A DNA stretch of 32,000 nt, from assembly GCF_004125825.1 (NCBI RefSeq), contig NZ_QQWI01000010.1, positions 40,364 through 72,363 on the forward strand, read 5' to 3'. Under the pieces are notes generated by a model that saw nothing but the letters and a program-made list of their open reading frames with translations, made no database searches and was not told the DNA's origin. This DNA comes from Fusibacter sp. A1. Lineage in GTDB: Bacteria > Bacillota > Clostridia > Peptostreptococcales > Acidaminobacteraceae. Shown piece by piece: positions 17,229-27,436 of the stretch (position 1 is the stretch's first letter; every line of letters begins with the position of its first letter). Position numbers and translations under genes: made by a program.

Positions 17229-18945
17229 AATGTGTGATACTCAACGGTTTAAAGACGATATCCACTTCTACCCCTTGTTTTTCTTTGCTCTGAAGTGCGA
17301 TTTGTCCGTTTAAGACTTGCGAAACCATGTTATGCACGATATGCAGCCCGAGTCCTGTGCAGCCTTTGCTGCGATTTGTCGTATAGAAGGGATTGAAAAC
17401 CTTTTCGATAACCGATTCTTTGATGCCCTGGCCGTCATCGACATAATGAAGCTGTATGGCGCCATCGGTCTGATCGTATCGAATGGTGATGGTACCTCGC
17501 TGATTGTTCTCGTAGCCGTGCAGGATACTGTTCATGACAAGATTGCTTAGGATATAGGAAATAGCACCGGGATAAGAGACGATTTCGAGTGTCGGATCGC
17601 ATTCGAGATTCACCTCGAGATTCGCGGTTCTTATTTTAGGCTGCAGTGTGACGAGTACGTCTGTTGTATAGGCATAAAGATTGAAGGTGCCGATCTCCAG
17701 GTTGTCTTGATTGGAAGCGACGGTTTTAAAACTTGTGACGATATCAGCTGTCCGTGACAGGTTGTTTTCAAGCATCATTAGCGAGTCATTTGTAGAGCTC
17801 AGATAATCCAACAAGTGCTTCTTGGTCATTTTGTTGCTATCCATGTGTTCCTTAAGTGTCTGGTGCTGCTCGATCAGGAAGGAGCTTAATGTGATGCTTA
17901 CACCCAGAGGGGTGTTCAGTTCGTGAGCGACTCCAGAAACCAGTTCACCCAGTGAGGCGAGTTTTTCCGATTGTATCAGCTGTTCCTGTGCCTGGTTCAA
18001 TGACACGAGAGATTCCTCCAGTTCCTTTGTACGCAGGGTTACCTGATGATTCAAGCGTGCATGCGACTTAAGCAGGGAAGATAGATAGACAAAGACTAAG
18101 ATTGCGATGAAAAGCCCTAAAATAGGAAGGTACAGGTACTGGTTGGTCGGTGAACGCCATCCGCCGATCGGTTCGACTTCTAATATCCAGTAGTTGTCTT
18201 CAAGCGGCACAGGCAGCGAAATCGGATCGACAAGTCTTGACACTCCGGGTGAGAACAGGCGGACCTTTGTCTGCTTCAGTTCTGAAAGTGTGTAAAGATT
18301 CAGGTTGTAATTCTTTGTCGACTGCAACAGTCCTGAATTACCTAAAAGGCGATCGTAGTCGAGTATCACGTTCAAAAGACCGATAAAATTTTTTGGCAGC
18401 CCGTTTTCGTAGGACATGATCGGTACCCTGCTAATGATTTTTTGAGAACCGGTGGCCATGTCTGTGGAGACTGTGATGACGGTTCGTCTTGTATTTTTTG
18501 TCTTGACCACAGATAAGAACTCCGTTTGGCTAAGCAATAGATCTTGACCGATAAGGGAATCATTTAGTTTTGGAGGGTAGACATAGGATACGGTTGTGCC
18601 TTCTGTGAGCTGGACTTCCTTGATCAGATCGTTCTGCTGGGAAAATAGCTTCTCGCTGAACTTATTCAGTTCGTCAACGGTGCTATCAGGATGTAGTTGG
18701 TAATAGACGAGTAATCCGCGTGCCTTATCCATGGTCTGATTGATCTGGTAAATGAAATTCGAGATCGTTGTCGACATTTCGTCACGCACCCTTTGCTTTT
18801 CGCTGGCGATATCGTACTGGTAGGAGAACCATGACGCATAAGAGAAGATGCCTATAATCAGTAAAGAAGAGAGTATCGGAACCGCTTTCTTCAGTATCGG
18901 ATGAGCCAGGGATTGTCTAATTTTGTTTAGGGGTAGATTTAGCAT
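17227..18945 (-). CDS. sensor histidine kinase with a large extracytoplasmic (CHASE-like) domain; no cognate response regulator nearby
   Basis: Two TM segments flank ~240 aa. The sensor region (TTVSYVYPPKLNDSLIGQDLLLSQ ... ISRVPIM) resembles CHASE-type sensors. H-box is SGVAHELNTPLG. N, G1, F and G2 boxes are NLVMNSILHGY, DDGQGI, FNPFYTT and GTGLGLHIV. Confidence 0.9.
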   Translation of the reverse strand: MLNLPLNKIRQSLAHPILKKAVPILSSLLIIGIFSYASWFSYQYDIASEKQRVRDEMSTTISNFIYQINQTMDKARGLLVYYQLHPDSTVDELNKFSEKLFSQQNDLIKEVQLTEGTTVSYVYPPKLNDSLIGQDLLLSQTEFLSVVKTKNTRRTVITVSTDMATGSQKIISRVPIMSYENGLPKNFIGLLNVILDYDRLLGNSGLLQSTKNYNLNLYTLSELKQTKVRLFSPGVSRLVDPISLPVPLEDNYWILEVEPIGGWRSPTNQYLYLPILGLFIAILVFVYLSSLLKSHARLNHQVTLRTKELEESLVSLNQAQEQLIQSEKLASLGELVSGVAHELNTPLGVSITLSSFLIEQHQTLKEHMDSNKMTKKHLLDYLSSTNDSLMMLENNLSRTADIVTSFKTVASNQDNLEIGTFNLYAYTTDVLVTLQPKIRTANLEVNLECDPTLEIVSYPGAISYILSNLVMNSILHGYENNQRGTITIRYDQTDGAIQLHYVDDGQGIKESVIEKVFNPFYTTNRSKGCTGLGLHIVHNMVSQVLNGQIALQSKEKQGVEVDIVFKPLSITH

Positions 18946-19043
18946 TTATAGCGCTCCGTTTCAGATGAGTTGATCGATGTTTAAAGCATACCCATATTGG
19001 GCATAGTCATAACAGACGAACATAAATTTAGGAGGGTTTCAAA

Positions 19044-19955
19044 ATGATTTTAAGAAAAATCAGGCATATTCGTAGCCTATGCTTGCTGGTTCTGATAGCT
19101 ATTTTGACCGTAGGTTGTGTAGGGAGTCAAACAAAAACGGTAAGCATAGGTGTGGTCTTGTCCAATTTAAACAATCCTTTTTTTGAATCCATCCAAAATG
19201 GAATGATGGATTCAACGGGTTCATCGGAGCTGAAGCTGACGATTGTCTCTTCAGATGATGAAATCAATAAAGAGTATGAGGCTGTCAAAATGTTAATCTA
19301 TCAGGGGGTGGACCTTATCGTGATCAATCCAACCAACTCCGATGCGGTGTTTAGGGCTGTGAGTCTTGCAAATGAAAGCGGGATACCAGTAATGACAGTC
19401 GATAGGGAATCTACAGGAGGCCGTATAGTCAGCCATATCGGGTCAGATAATAGGAGTGGTGGCGAAATGATCGCAAAGGTCATGATAGAGGGTGCTGGCA
19501 ACCAAGGCAAATACGCGGAAATAATAGGTGTGGAAGGTACCTCGGCCTCAAAATTGAGAGGTGAAGGCTTCAATTACTATATGTCTGCAAACAGCTATAT
19601 GACCTTGGCGGCAGCCGTGCCTGCCGACTTTGACCGCGAAAAGGGACGGCTGTCGATGCAGACGATCCTGTCTGTGCATCCGGACCTTGTCGCCGTGTTC
19701 GCTCAAAACGATGAAATGGCTCTGGGAGCCCTAAGCGCAGTCGAATCTGCAGGACTGCCCATAAAGATATATGGATTTGACGGGTCAGACGAGGCAATCA
19801 GGGCGATCGATGAAGGGCTCTTGGAAGCTACTGTGGCGCAACAACCCTACTTGATCGGAAAAATGACGGTAGAGGCGGCCAAAGCTTTTCTTGACGGAAG
19901 CGATGTCGAAGAACTCATCCTAGTACCTGTGAGAATTATTACAAAAAAAGAATGA
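19044..19955 (+). CDS. RbsB-like (periplasmic binding protein family 1) sugar-binding lipoprotein with no adjacent ABC permease or ATPase
   Basis: AGGAGGG RBS. The lipobox is in LIAILTVGCVGS. Core sequence is VSIGVVLSNLNNPFFESIQNGM ... GVDLIVINPTNSDA ... IPVMTVDRE ... VFAQNDEMALGAL. Confidence 0.88.
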   Translation: MILRKIRHIRSLCLLVLIAILTVGCVGSQTKTVSIGVVLSNLNNPFFESIQNGMMDSTGSSELKLTIVSSDDEINKEYEAVKMLIYQGVDLIVINPTNSDAVFRAVSLANESGIPVMTVDRESTGGRIVSHIGSDNRSGGEMIAKVMIEGAGNQGKYAEIIGVEGTSASKLRGEGFNYYMSANSYMTLAAAVPADFDREKGRLSMQTILSVHPDLVAVFAQNDEMALGALSAVESAGLPIKIYGFDGSDEAIRAIDEGLLEATVAQQPYLIGKMTVEAAKAFLDGSDVEELILVPVRIITKKE

Positions 19956-19962
19956 TCGGCTT

Positions 19963-20002
19963 AAGCTTTAAAATGAGGACTTCATTTTAAAGCTTTTATT
20001 TT
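19963..20002 (+). terminator. rho-independent terminator
   Basis: AAGCTTTAAAATGA / TCATTTTAAAGCTT, a 14-bp A/T-rich stem, followed by TTATTTT. Confidence 0.75.
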
Positions 20003-20044
20003 GCAGCTGGTGGCGCATTTGGTCTAAACGCCGTCCCAAGGAAG

Positions 20045-21603
<1,559 letters not shown>

Positions 21604-21616
21604 GAAATAGGTAAAT

Positions 21617-21647
21617 AAAAAAAACCATCACATTGTGATGGTTTTTT
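21617..21647. terminator. bidirectional rho-independent terminator shared by glpK (+) and tRNA-Leu (-)
   Basis: AAAAAAAACCATCAC att GTGATGGTTTTTTT. Confidence 0.85.
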
Positions 21648-21650
21648 TAT

Positions 21651-21734
21651 TGGTGCGGGTAGAGGGACTTGAACCCCCACGAACTAGTCACTAGATCCTA
21701 AGTCTAGCGCGTCTGCCAATTCCGCCATACCCGC
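21651..21734 (-). tRNA. tRNA-Leu (anticodon UAG), type II with long variable arm, CCA encoded
   Basis: The reverse complement reads GCGGGTA-TG-GCG-GAATTGGCAGA-CGC-G-CTAGA-CTTAGGA-TCTAG-(12-nt variable region)-GGGGG-TTCAAGT-CCCTC-TACCCGC-A-CCA. The acceptor, anticodon and T stems all pair. Confidence 0.92.
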
Positions 21735-21986
21735 GTATGCTTAACAAGTAGATGTACTAACTTGTTGCGACTAATATAATTTAACACATCTAAAAAAAAA
21801 AACAAGTGTTTTTTTATAAATTTATTTATTATTTTCATTTTTTTTATCACGGGTTCGAAAGGACTATGTAAAGAACGACATCCATCTGTTTTTTGCATAG
21901 CGCCAGTTGGATTGTTTACGTTATACTAAAACTGTGGATGAGCTCACCGAATCAGGCTGTATAGTTAATGATAAGTACAGGAGAAC

Positions 21987-23108
21987 ATGATGAAAATAAA
22001 TAAGAAAGTACTGGAAACCATCAAGAAAAAGATAATAGAAGACTATAAGGACGACGTGGCGATTCTTGTGCGTTACAATGTGAACATCACAGCTACTGAA
22101 GAAAATAAGATTGGTTTTGACTTTTACTTTATTCCCAAAAACGAAAAAGCCAAGCAGCTGTCCACTCAGTTCATCATAGACGGAATCAGCTATGACCTGT
22201 TTCCGATGTCATGGGACAGGCTCATCAGCAATGCCGCTTTCGATAGCCCGCAGGCCTATCTGCTGACAGAATCCGAAGTGGTCTACTATGCTGACCAGGA
22301 TGATCTGAACCGGTTCAATCAGCTGATTGATAGTGTGGGCAGGTTGACAAGCCCTGAATACGCTGAGCTGATGTTGAATAAGGCCTTTGAGTATTTCAAT
22401 GAGACATTCATCTATCTATTCAACATGGATCAGGTCGGTGACAGCATGCTTGATCTGAGACTTGAAGCCAGCAAGGTGATCACGAAAATCACAAGCGCCT
22501 TGGCCTTTTTCAACCAGACCTATTATAGGGGCGGTAATGGAACCGACTTATCCATCATCGAGGAAAGCTATACCTTCAATAGGTTGCCTGTCGACTATGA
22601 GGTCTTGATCAAAGAAATCTTGTCGGCAAGCGATGCACAGAGTTTAAAATCAAACACCGTAGCGCTTGTAAGCAATACAAGGGAGCTACTGGAGCAGGGG
22701 CGCAGGGAACATGCTCAGATTGAACCCTTTGAGACATTTTTTACAGGGTATTATGAGGAACTCAAATCCATTTTGACCCGATTTGAAATGGCATGTGAAA
22801 GCAAGGTCCAGTCCAAGCTCTTCCTGCTTGCGGCCTATATGCATGAGGAAGTCAGTCAGTTTATGGCAAAGGTAGAAACCGGTATCTGGTTTAATGACCG
22901 CAATTACTATTCGGAGTACAGCAAGGCTTTTGACGATTTTTTTAAGGTGGATCTTTTAGAGCTGATCGCTCAAGAAAACTATGAGGAATTGCCGATTGCC
23001 ATTAAGGATTTTGAAGCTAAAATGATGCAGATGTTAAATGACAACGGAATTGACTTATTGATCTTTGACGATGTCGAGGCCTTTAAAACGTATTTTGAAA
23101 GCAAGTAG
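21987..23108 (+). CDS. hypothetical protein with kanamycin/aminoglycoside-nucleotidyltransferase-like fold (NTase + helical HEPN-like domain) but degenerate catalytic signature, plus an extra C-terminal helical domain
   Basis: AGGAG RBS. The N-terminus IKKKIIEDYKDDVAILVRYNVN...IGFDFYFIP parallels ANT(4')-Ia IKERILDKYGDDVKAIGVYGSLG...SDIEMMCV as I recall it. The G-S pair and the second carboxylate are replaced. 373 aa versus ~250 for KNT. Confidence 0.75.
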   Translation: MMKINKKVLETIKKKIIEDYKDDVAILVRYNVNITATEENKIGFDFYFIPKNEKAKQLSTQFIIDGISYDLFPMSWDRLISNAAFDSPQAYLLTESEVVYYADQDDLNRFNQLIDSVGRLTSPEYAELMLNKAFEYFNETFIYLFNMDQVGDSMLDLRLEASKVITKITSALAFFNQTYYRGGNGTDLSIIEESYTFNRLPVDYEVLIKEILSASDAQSLKSNTVALVSNTRELLEQGRREHAQIEPFETFFTGYYEELKSILTRFEMACESKVQSKLFLLAAYMHEEVSQFMAKVETGIWFNDRNYYSEYSKAFDDFFKVDLLELIAQENYEELPIAIKDFEAKMMQMLNDNGIDLLIFDDVEAFKTYFESK

Positions 23109-23116
23109 GCACCCAG

Positions 23117-23383
23117 ATGAAGTATAAGAATGCGAAGAACGTGTTGCCCCAAGAGCTCATGGATGAGATTCAAAAGTATATCCAGGGTGAATACCTCTAT
23201 GTGCCCAAAGCGGATGGGTCGAAAAAGAAATGGGGTGAAAAATCGGGGTCTCGAAGGGAATTGTCACTCAGAAACGACAACATCAGAAAGGCCTTCAATT
23301 TCGGAACAAGTATTTCCGAGTTGGCACAGGAGTACTTCTTGTCTGAAGAGAGTATCAAGAAAATCGTGTATGGTAAAAAATAA
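23117..23383 (+). CDS. small CD3324-family / Mor-like helix-turn-helix protein (88 aa)
   Basis: It starts 8 nt after the upstream stop. The N-terminus MKYKNAKNVLPQELMDEIQKYIQGEYLYVPK and the C-terminal HTH-like ISELAQEYFLSEESIKKIV match the clostridial CD3324-type small proteins as I remember them. Confidence 0.7.
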   Translation: MKYKNAKNVLPQELMDEIQKYIQGEYLYVPKADGSKKKWGEKSGSRRELSLRNDNIRKAFNFGTSISELAQEYFLSEESIKKIVYGKK

Positions 23384-23400
23384 GAGTAATAAGCTAATGC

Positions 23401-23440
23401 AAACCGACCTTTTGATCAGTATAGGGTCGGTTTGTATTTT
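23401..23440 (+). terminator. rho-independent terminator
   Basis: Stem AAACCGACC / GGTCGGTTT followed by GTATTTT. Confidence 0.7.
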
Positions 23441-23506
23441 GGCGAAATGTGGTTAAGGAAGAAGGATATTGGATATATAGTTTGCAAGTAAACTTAAGGA
23501 GCGCTT

Positions 23507-24154
23507 ATGAAAATGAATAAGGATCCGTCACAACATCAATATAGGATTCATGTCACATTAGTGATACTAAGCCTTGTAGTACTGCTATGGTCTGCTGTGA
23601 ATCCGTATAAGTACCTTTTTTGGTTCTTTCTGACGATTCCGCCTTTACTGCTTGAAGGCTCCTTGATTTTGACCTACAGACACTTCCGGTTTTCAACACT
23701 TGTATATATCGTCGTTTTTTTACATGTGATCCTTCTGCTTGTAGGGGCCAAGTACACCTATACGAACGTCCCCGCTGCTGTCTATATCTCAGACCTGTTC
23801 GGTGCGAGTAGGGTGCATTTTGATAGGCTGGGCCATTTTATGCAGGGGATAACCCCGGCGATGATGGGCAAAGAATTGCTAGTCAGAAGAGGCTATATCA
23901 CAAAGACGTTCATGAGCTATTACATCGTCATGAGTATCGCGCTCGCCTTTAGCGCGTTTTATGAACTGCTCGAGTTCATGGTGACAGTCGTGACGAAGCT
24001 GTCTCCTTCGATCATACTCGCTCCTCAGGGAGATGTCTGGGATACCCACTGGGATATGATCTGGGCGATCATCGGTGCGGCATTCGCCCTTACCGTTTTG
24101 GCAAAAACCCACGACAAGCAGATTGAAAGCTTACCTAAGCGCAAACACAAGTAA
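23507..24154 (+). CDS. multi-pass membrane protein, possibly DUF2238/YjdF-like
   Basis: AAGGAG RBS. It has 5-6 hydrophobic helices. The central DRLGHFMQG and C-terminal GDVWDTHWDM segments resemble DUF2238. The family call is from memory and is tentative. Confidence 0.75.
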   Translation: MKMNKDPSQHQYRIHVTLVILSLVVLLWSAVNPYKYLFWFFLTIPPLLLEGSLILTYRHFRFSTLVYIVVFLHVILLLVGAKYTYTNVPAAVYISDLFGASRVHFDRLGHFMQGITPAMMGKELLVRRGYITKTFMSYYIVMSIALAFSAFYELLEFMVTVVTKLSPSIILAPQGDVWDTHWDMIWAIIGAAFALTVLAKTHDKQIESLPKRKHK

Positions 24155-24180
24155 AAGCAGACTGCTATGATTACGAGAGG

Positions 24181-24207
24181 AAAGTCGCATACGAAATGCG
24201 ACTTTTT
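24181..24207 (+). terminator. rho-independent terminator
   Basis: AAAGTCGCAT acgaa ATGCGACTTTTT. Confidence 0.8.
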
Positions 24208-24345
24208 AGCGTCTTTATTTAAGTAAAGTTACGTTGATTTTTTGACTGCCTAGATATAGACTATACATATGCAACACCTTGGAGTAAACGGTTTCATAGC
24301 GTATGCGGCCGTCTTGTGGATTTAATGCTAAAACGAGGTGAAATA

Positions 24346-25284
24346 GTGGGCAAAATACTTTTGACAGGTTCACACGGACAAATCGGGACAGAACTCGCTG
24401 ACGCGCTTGGCGCAAGATATGGCGCAGATGCCATTGTCGTAAGTGATGTGAAAGCGGACTACGCTGGACCCTACACGCATGAGGTACTTGATGTGACGGA
24501 CGGTCATGCTGTCACAAACATTGTAAGGAAGCATGACATAAAAGAGGTCTACCACTTGGCAGCCATCCTTTCGGCGGCTGGAGAGAAACACCCCGATTTA
24601 CTGTGGCGTGTCAATATGGACGGTCTGAAAAATGTGCTGGATGTCGCTAAAGAGAATCGTTTGAAAGTGTTCGTGCCAAGTTCGATAGCCGCATTCGGGC
24701 CTTCGACTCCAATGGATATGACACCACAAACTACCATTCAAAGACCGACGACCATGTACGGGATTTCAAAAGTAGCTGGCGAACTGCTCTGTGACTACTA
24801 TTTCAAAAAATACGGGGTGGATACCAGAGGGGTAAGGTTCCCTGGCATCATTTCGCATAAGGCGCTTCCGGGCGGTGGAACGACCGATTACGCAGTCCAT
24901 ATCTATTACGAGGCGATCAAGTCAGGTAGGTATACGAGTTATATCGATAAGGGAACCATGATGGATATGCTTTATATGCCGGATGCTATCGAAGGGGTAT
25001 TGGCCTTGATGGAAGCGGATGGGAATAAGCTGAACAATAGAAATGCATACAACATTACTGCGATGAGTTTCGATCCAGAACAACTTGCAGCATCAATAAA
25101 AAAGGAAATACCTGAGTTCACACTTGATTATGCGGTGGATGATGTTCGTCAGGCGATTGCGAACACTTGGCCGAACTCGTTAGACGATCATGTGGCGCGT
25201 GAAGAATGGGGATGGAACCCCAAGTTCGATATTGACGCGATGACAAAGGATATGCTTTACAACCTAAAGTTAAAACTTAAGTAA
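24346..25284 (+). CDS. SDR-type (UDP-glucose-4-epimerase-like) L-threonine 3-dehydrogenase family protein
   Basis: GAGGTG RBS precedes GTG 24346. Rossmann motif is KILLTGSHGQIGTEL. Catalytic motif is TMYGISK (YxxxK). The conserved PGGGTTDYAV and MLYMPDA segments are typical of short-chain TDHs. Confidence 0.82.
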   Translation: MGKILLTGSHGQIGTELADALGARYGADAIVVSDVKADYAGPYTHEVLDVTDGHAVTNIVRKHDIKEVYHLAAILSAAGEKHPDLLWRVNMDGLKNVLDVAKENRLKVFVPSSIAAFGPSTPMDMTPQTTIQRPTTMYGISKVAGELLCDYYFKKYGVDTRGVRFPGIISHKALPGGGTTDYAVHIYYEAIKSGRYTSYIDKGTMMDMLYMPDAIEGVLALMEADGNKLNNRNAYNITAMSFDPEQLAASIKKEIPEFTLDYAVDDVRQAIANTWPNSLDDHVAREEWGWNPKFDIDAMTKDMLYNLKLKLK

Positions 25285-25297
25285 ATGGGAGGATGCT

Positions 25298-27334
25298 ATG
25301 ATTTCAAATTTTGACATCAGTCAGGCGATGACTGTAAAACTGGATGCTGTTCTACCTGAATATCCGAGCTTTAAAGAGGGTATCAGAAGAGCTCCGAAGC
25401 GTGAGTTCACACTGACGAAGAACCAAACGAAAACGGCGCTTATGAACGCACTACGTTACATTCCGGAAGAACTCCATGAAGCGCTTGCTCCTGAGTTCAT
25501 GGAAGAACTTAAGACGCATGGCCGTATCTACGGCTACCGTTTCAGACCGGAAGGAGACATCTCGGGCAAGCCATATTCCGAGTACAAGGGTGTCTGCACA
25601 GAGGCAAAAGGCATCCAGGTGATGATCGACAATAATTTGGATTTCGATATCTGCCTATACCCATATGAGCTTGTGACTTACGGTGAGACAGGCCAAGTAT
25701 GCCAAAACTGGATGCAGTACCAGTTGATCCAAAAATACCTTGAAATCATGACGCAGGAACAGACGCTTGTCGTGATGAGCGGTCACCCTCTTGGCTTGTT
25801 CAGATCTTCTGCTGAAGCACCAAGGGTAATCATTACAAACTCATTGATGATCGGCATGTACGATAATCCTGAGTGGCAAAACAAAGCCCAGGCGATGGGT
25901 GTTGCAAACTACGGTCAGATGACCGCAGGTGGCTGGATGTACATCGGACCGCAAGGAATCGTTCATGGAACATTCAACACGGTGATGAACGCGGGCCGTT
26001 TAAAACTTGGTATTGCAGATGACAAAGACCTTGCCGGTGTGCTGTATGTGACATCAGGTCTTGGCGGCATGAGCGGCGCTCAAGGTAAAGCGGTAAAGAT
26101 CGCAAACGGTGTCGGCATTATCGCCGAAGTGGACAAGTCGCGCGTGATGACACGCTTTGAACAAGGATGGGTAGACAGTTACACGGATTCTGCCAAAGAA
26201 GCCTTTAGAGAAGCAAGCGAGTATATGGAAAAAGGTCAAGGTAGGGCCATCGCATTCCACGGTAACGTCGTGGACCTTTTGGAGTATGCGCTTCAAAACG
26301 ATGTGAAGATCGATCTTCTGTCAGACCAGACATCTTGCCACGTGCCATACGAGGGCGGTTACTGCCCGGTTGGTATCACTTTTGAAGAAAGAACAAAGAT
26401 GCTCGCTGAAGATAAGGCGACTTTTGTCAAGCTTGTCGACAACACACTACAAAAGCACTATAGAATCGTGAAGGAACTCGTTGAAAAAGGCGCTTACTTC
26501 TTTGACTACGGAAACGCCTTCATGAAAGCGGTTTACGATACAGGAATCACAGAAATCACAAAGAACGGCATCGATGAGTCTGAAGGTTTCATCTTCCCGT
26601 CCTATGTCGAAGATATCATGGGCCCAATGCTGTTTGACTATGGCTATGGACCTTTCAGATGGGTTTGCCTAAGCGGTGACCCGATGGACCTTAGAAAAAC
26701 CGACCATGCGGCCATGAGCTGCATCGATCCGGATCGACGCGGTCAGGACAGAGACAACTATGTTTGGGTGAGAGATGCAGAAAAGAACAAGCTGGTTGTC
26801 GGCACTCAGGCTCGAATTCTTTACCAGGACGCCCTAGGCAGAATGAAAATCGCGCTTAAGTTCAACGAAATGGTTAGAAACGGCGAGATAGGTCCTGTCA
26901 TGCTTGGACGTGACCACCATGACACAGGCGGTACGGATTCACCGTTTAGAGAGACTTCGAACATCAAAGACGGTTCAAACATCATGGCTGAAATGGCTGT
27001 TCAGTGCTTTGCGGGCAACGCGGCACGAGGCATGTCGATGATCGCGCTCCACAACGGTGGCGGGGTAGGTATCGGTAAATCGATCAACGGCGGATTTGGA
27101 ATGGTGCTTGACGGTTCTGAAAGAGTGGATACGATTCTTAGAAGAGCGGTGCCATGGGATACGATGGTCGGCGTTGCAAGAAGAAACTGGGCAAGAAACG
27201 AGCATGGTATTGAAACATGTATCGAGTACAATGAAATCTATGCTGGAACAGATCACGTGACGATTCCTTTCAGAGCGAAAGAATCACTTGTTGAGTCTCT
27301 GGTAGATGCCAATTATGATGATTGCCTTAAATAA
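25298..27334 (+). CDS. hutU: urocanate hydratase (long, ~677-aa form)
   Basis: GGGAGGA RBS, 13 nt after the previous stop. Urocanase motifs are TYGETGQVCQNWMQY, GGWMYIGPQGIVHGT, GLGGMSGAQGKA and RDHHDTGGTDSPFRETSN. Confidence 0.95.
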   Translation: MISNFDISQAMTVKLDAVLPEYPSFKEGIRRAPKREFTLTKNQTKTALMNALRYIPEELHEALAPEFMEELKTHGRIYGYRFRPEGDISGKPYSEYKGVCTEAKGIQVMIDNNLDFDICLYPYELVTYGETGQVCQNWMQYQLIQKYLEIMTQEQTLVVMSGHPLGLFRSSAEAPRVIITNSLMIGMYDNPEWQNKAQAMGVANYGQMTAGGWMYIGPQGIVHGTFNTVMNAGRLKLGIADDKDLAGVLYVTSGLGGMSGAQGKAVKIANGVGIIAEVDKSRVMTRFEQGWVDSYTDSAKEAFREASEYMEKGQGRAIAFHGNVVDLLEYALQNDVKIDLLSDQTSCHVPYEGGYCPVGITFEERTKMLAEDKATFVKLVDNTLQKHYRIVKELVEKGAYFFDYGNAFMKAVYDTGITEITKNGIDESEGFIFPSYVEDIMGPMLFDYGYGPFRWVCLSGDPMDLRKTDHAAMSCIDPDRRGQDRDNYVWVRDAEKNKLVVGTQARILYQDALGRMKIALKFNEMVRNGEIGPVMLGRDHHDTGGTDSPFRETSNIKDGSNIMAEMAVQCFAGNAARGMSMIALHNGGGVGIGKSINGGFGMVLDGSERVDTILRRAVPWDTMVGVARRNWARNEHGIETCIEYNEIYAGTDHVTIPFRAKESLVESLVDANYDDCLK

Positions 27335-27347
27335 TTAAAGCAGTAAT

Positions 27348-27372
27348 GCCACTGGGCGAGTGTCCCAGTGGC
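27348..27372 (+). other. GC-rich intercistronic hairpin between hutU and ftcD (weak terminator or RNA-stability element)
   Basis: GCCACTGGG cgagtgt CCCAGTGGC, a 9-bp perfect stem. The downstream tract TTATGTCGTT is only weakly U-rich. Confidence 0.5.
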
Positions 27373-27436
27373 TTATGTCGTTCATGTCCGCATCAGCGGT
27401 GTGATATAACCTTATAAATAACTGGAGGATACATTA

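Noticed and set aside
21852-21859. GGTTCGAA T-loop-like octamer as a possible tRNA fragment or att-site remnant
   Set aside because: The flanking bases do not form a T-stem (ACGGG versus AGGAC). I did not notice any repeat of the tRNA-Leu 3' end elsewhere in the window, and no integrase is present. I kept it only as a minor note inside the spacer finding.
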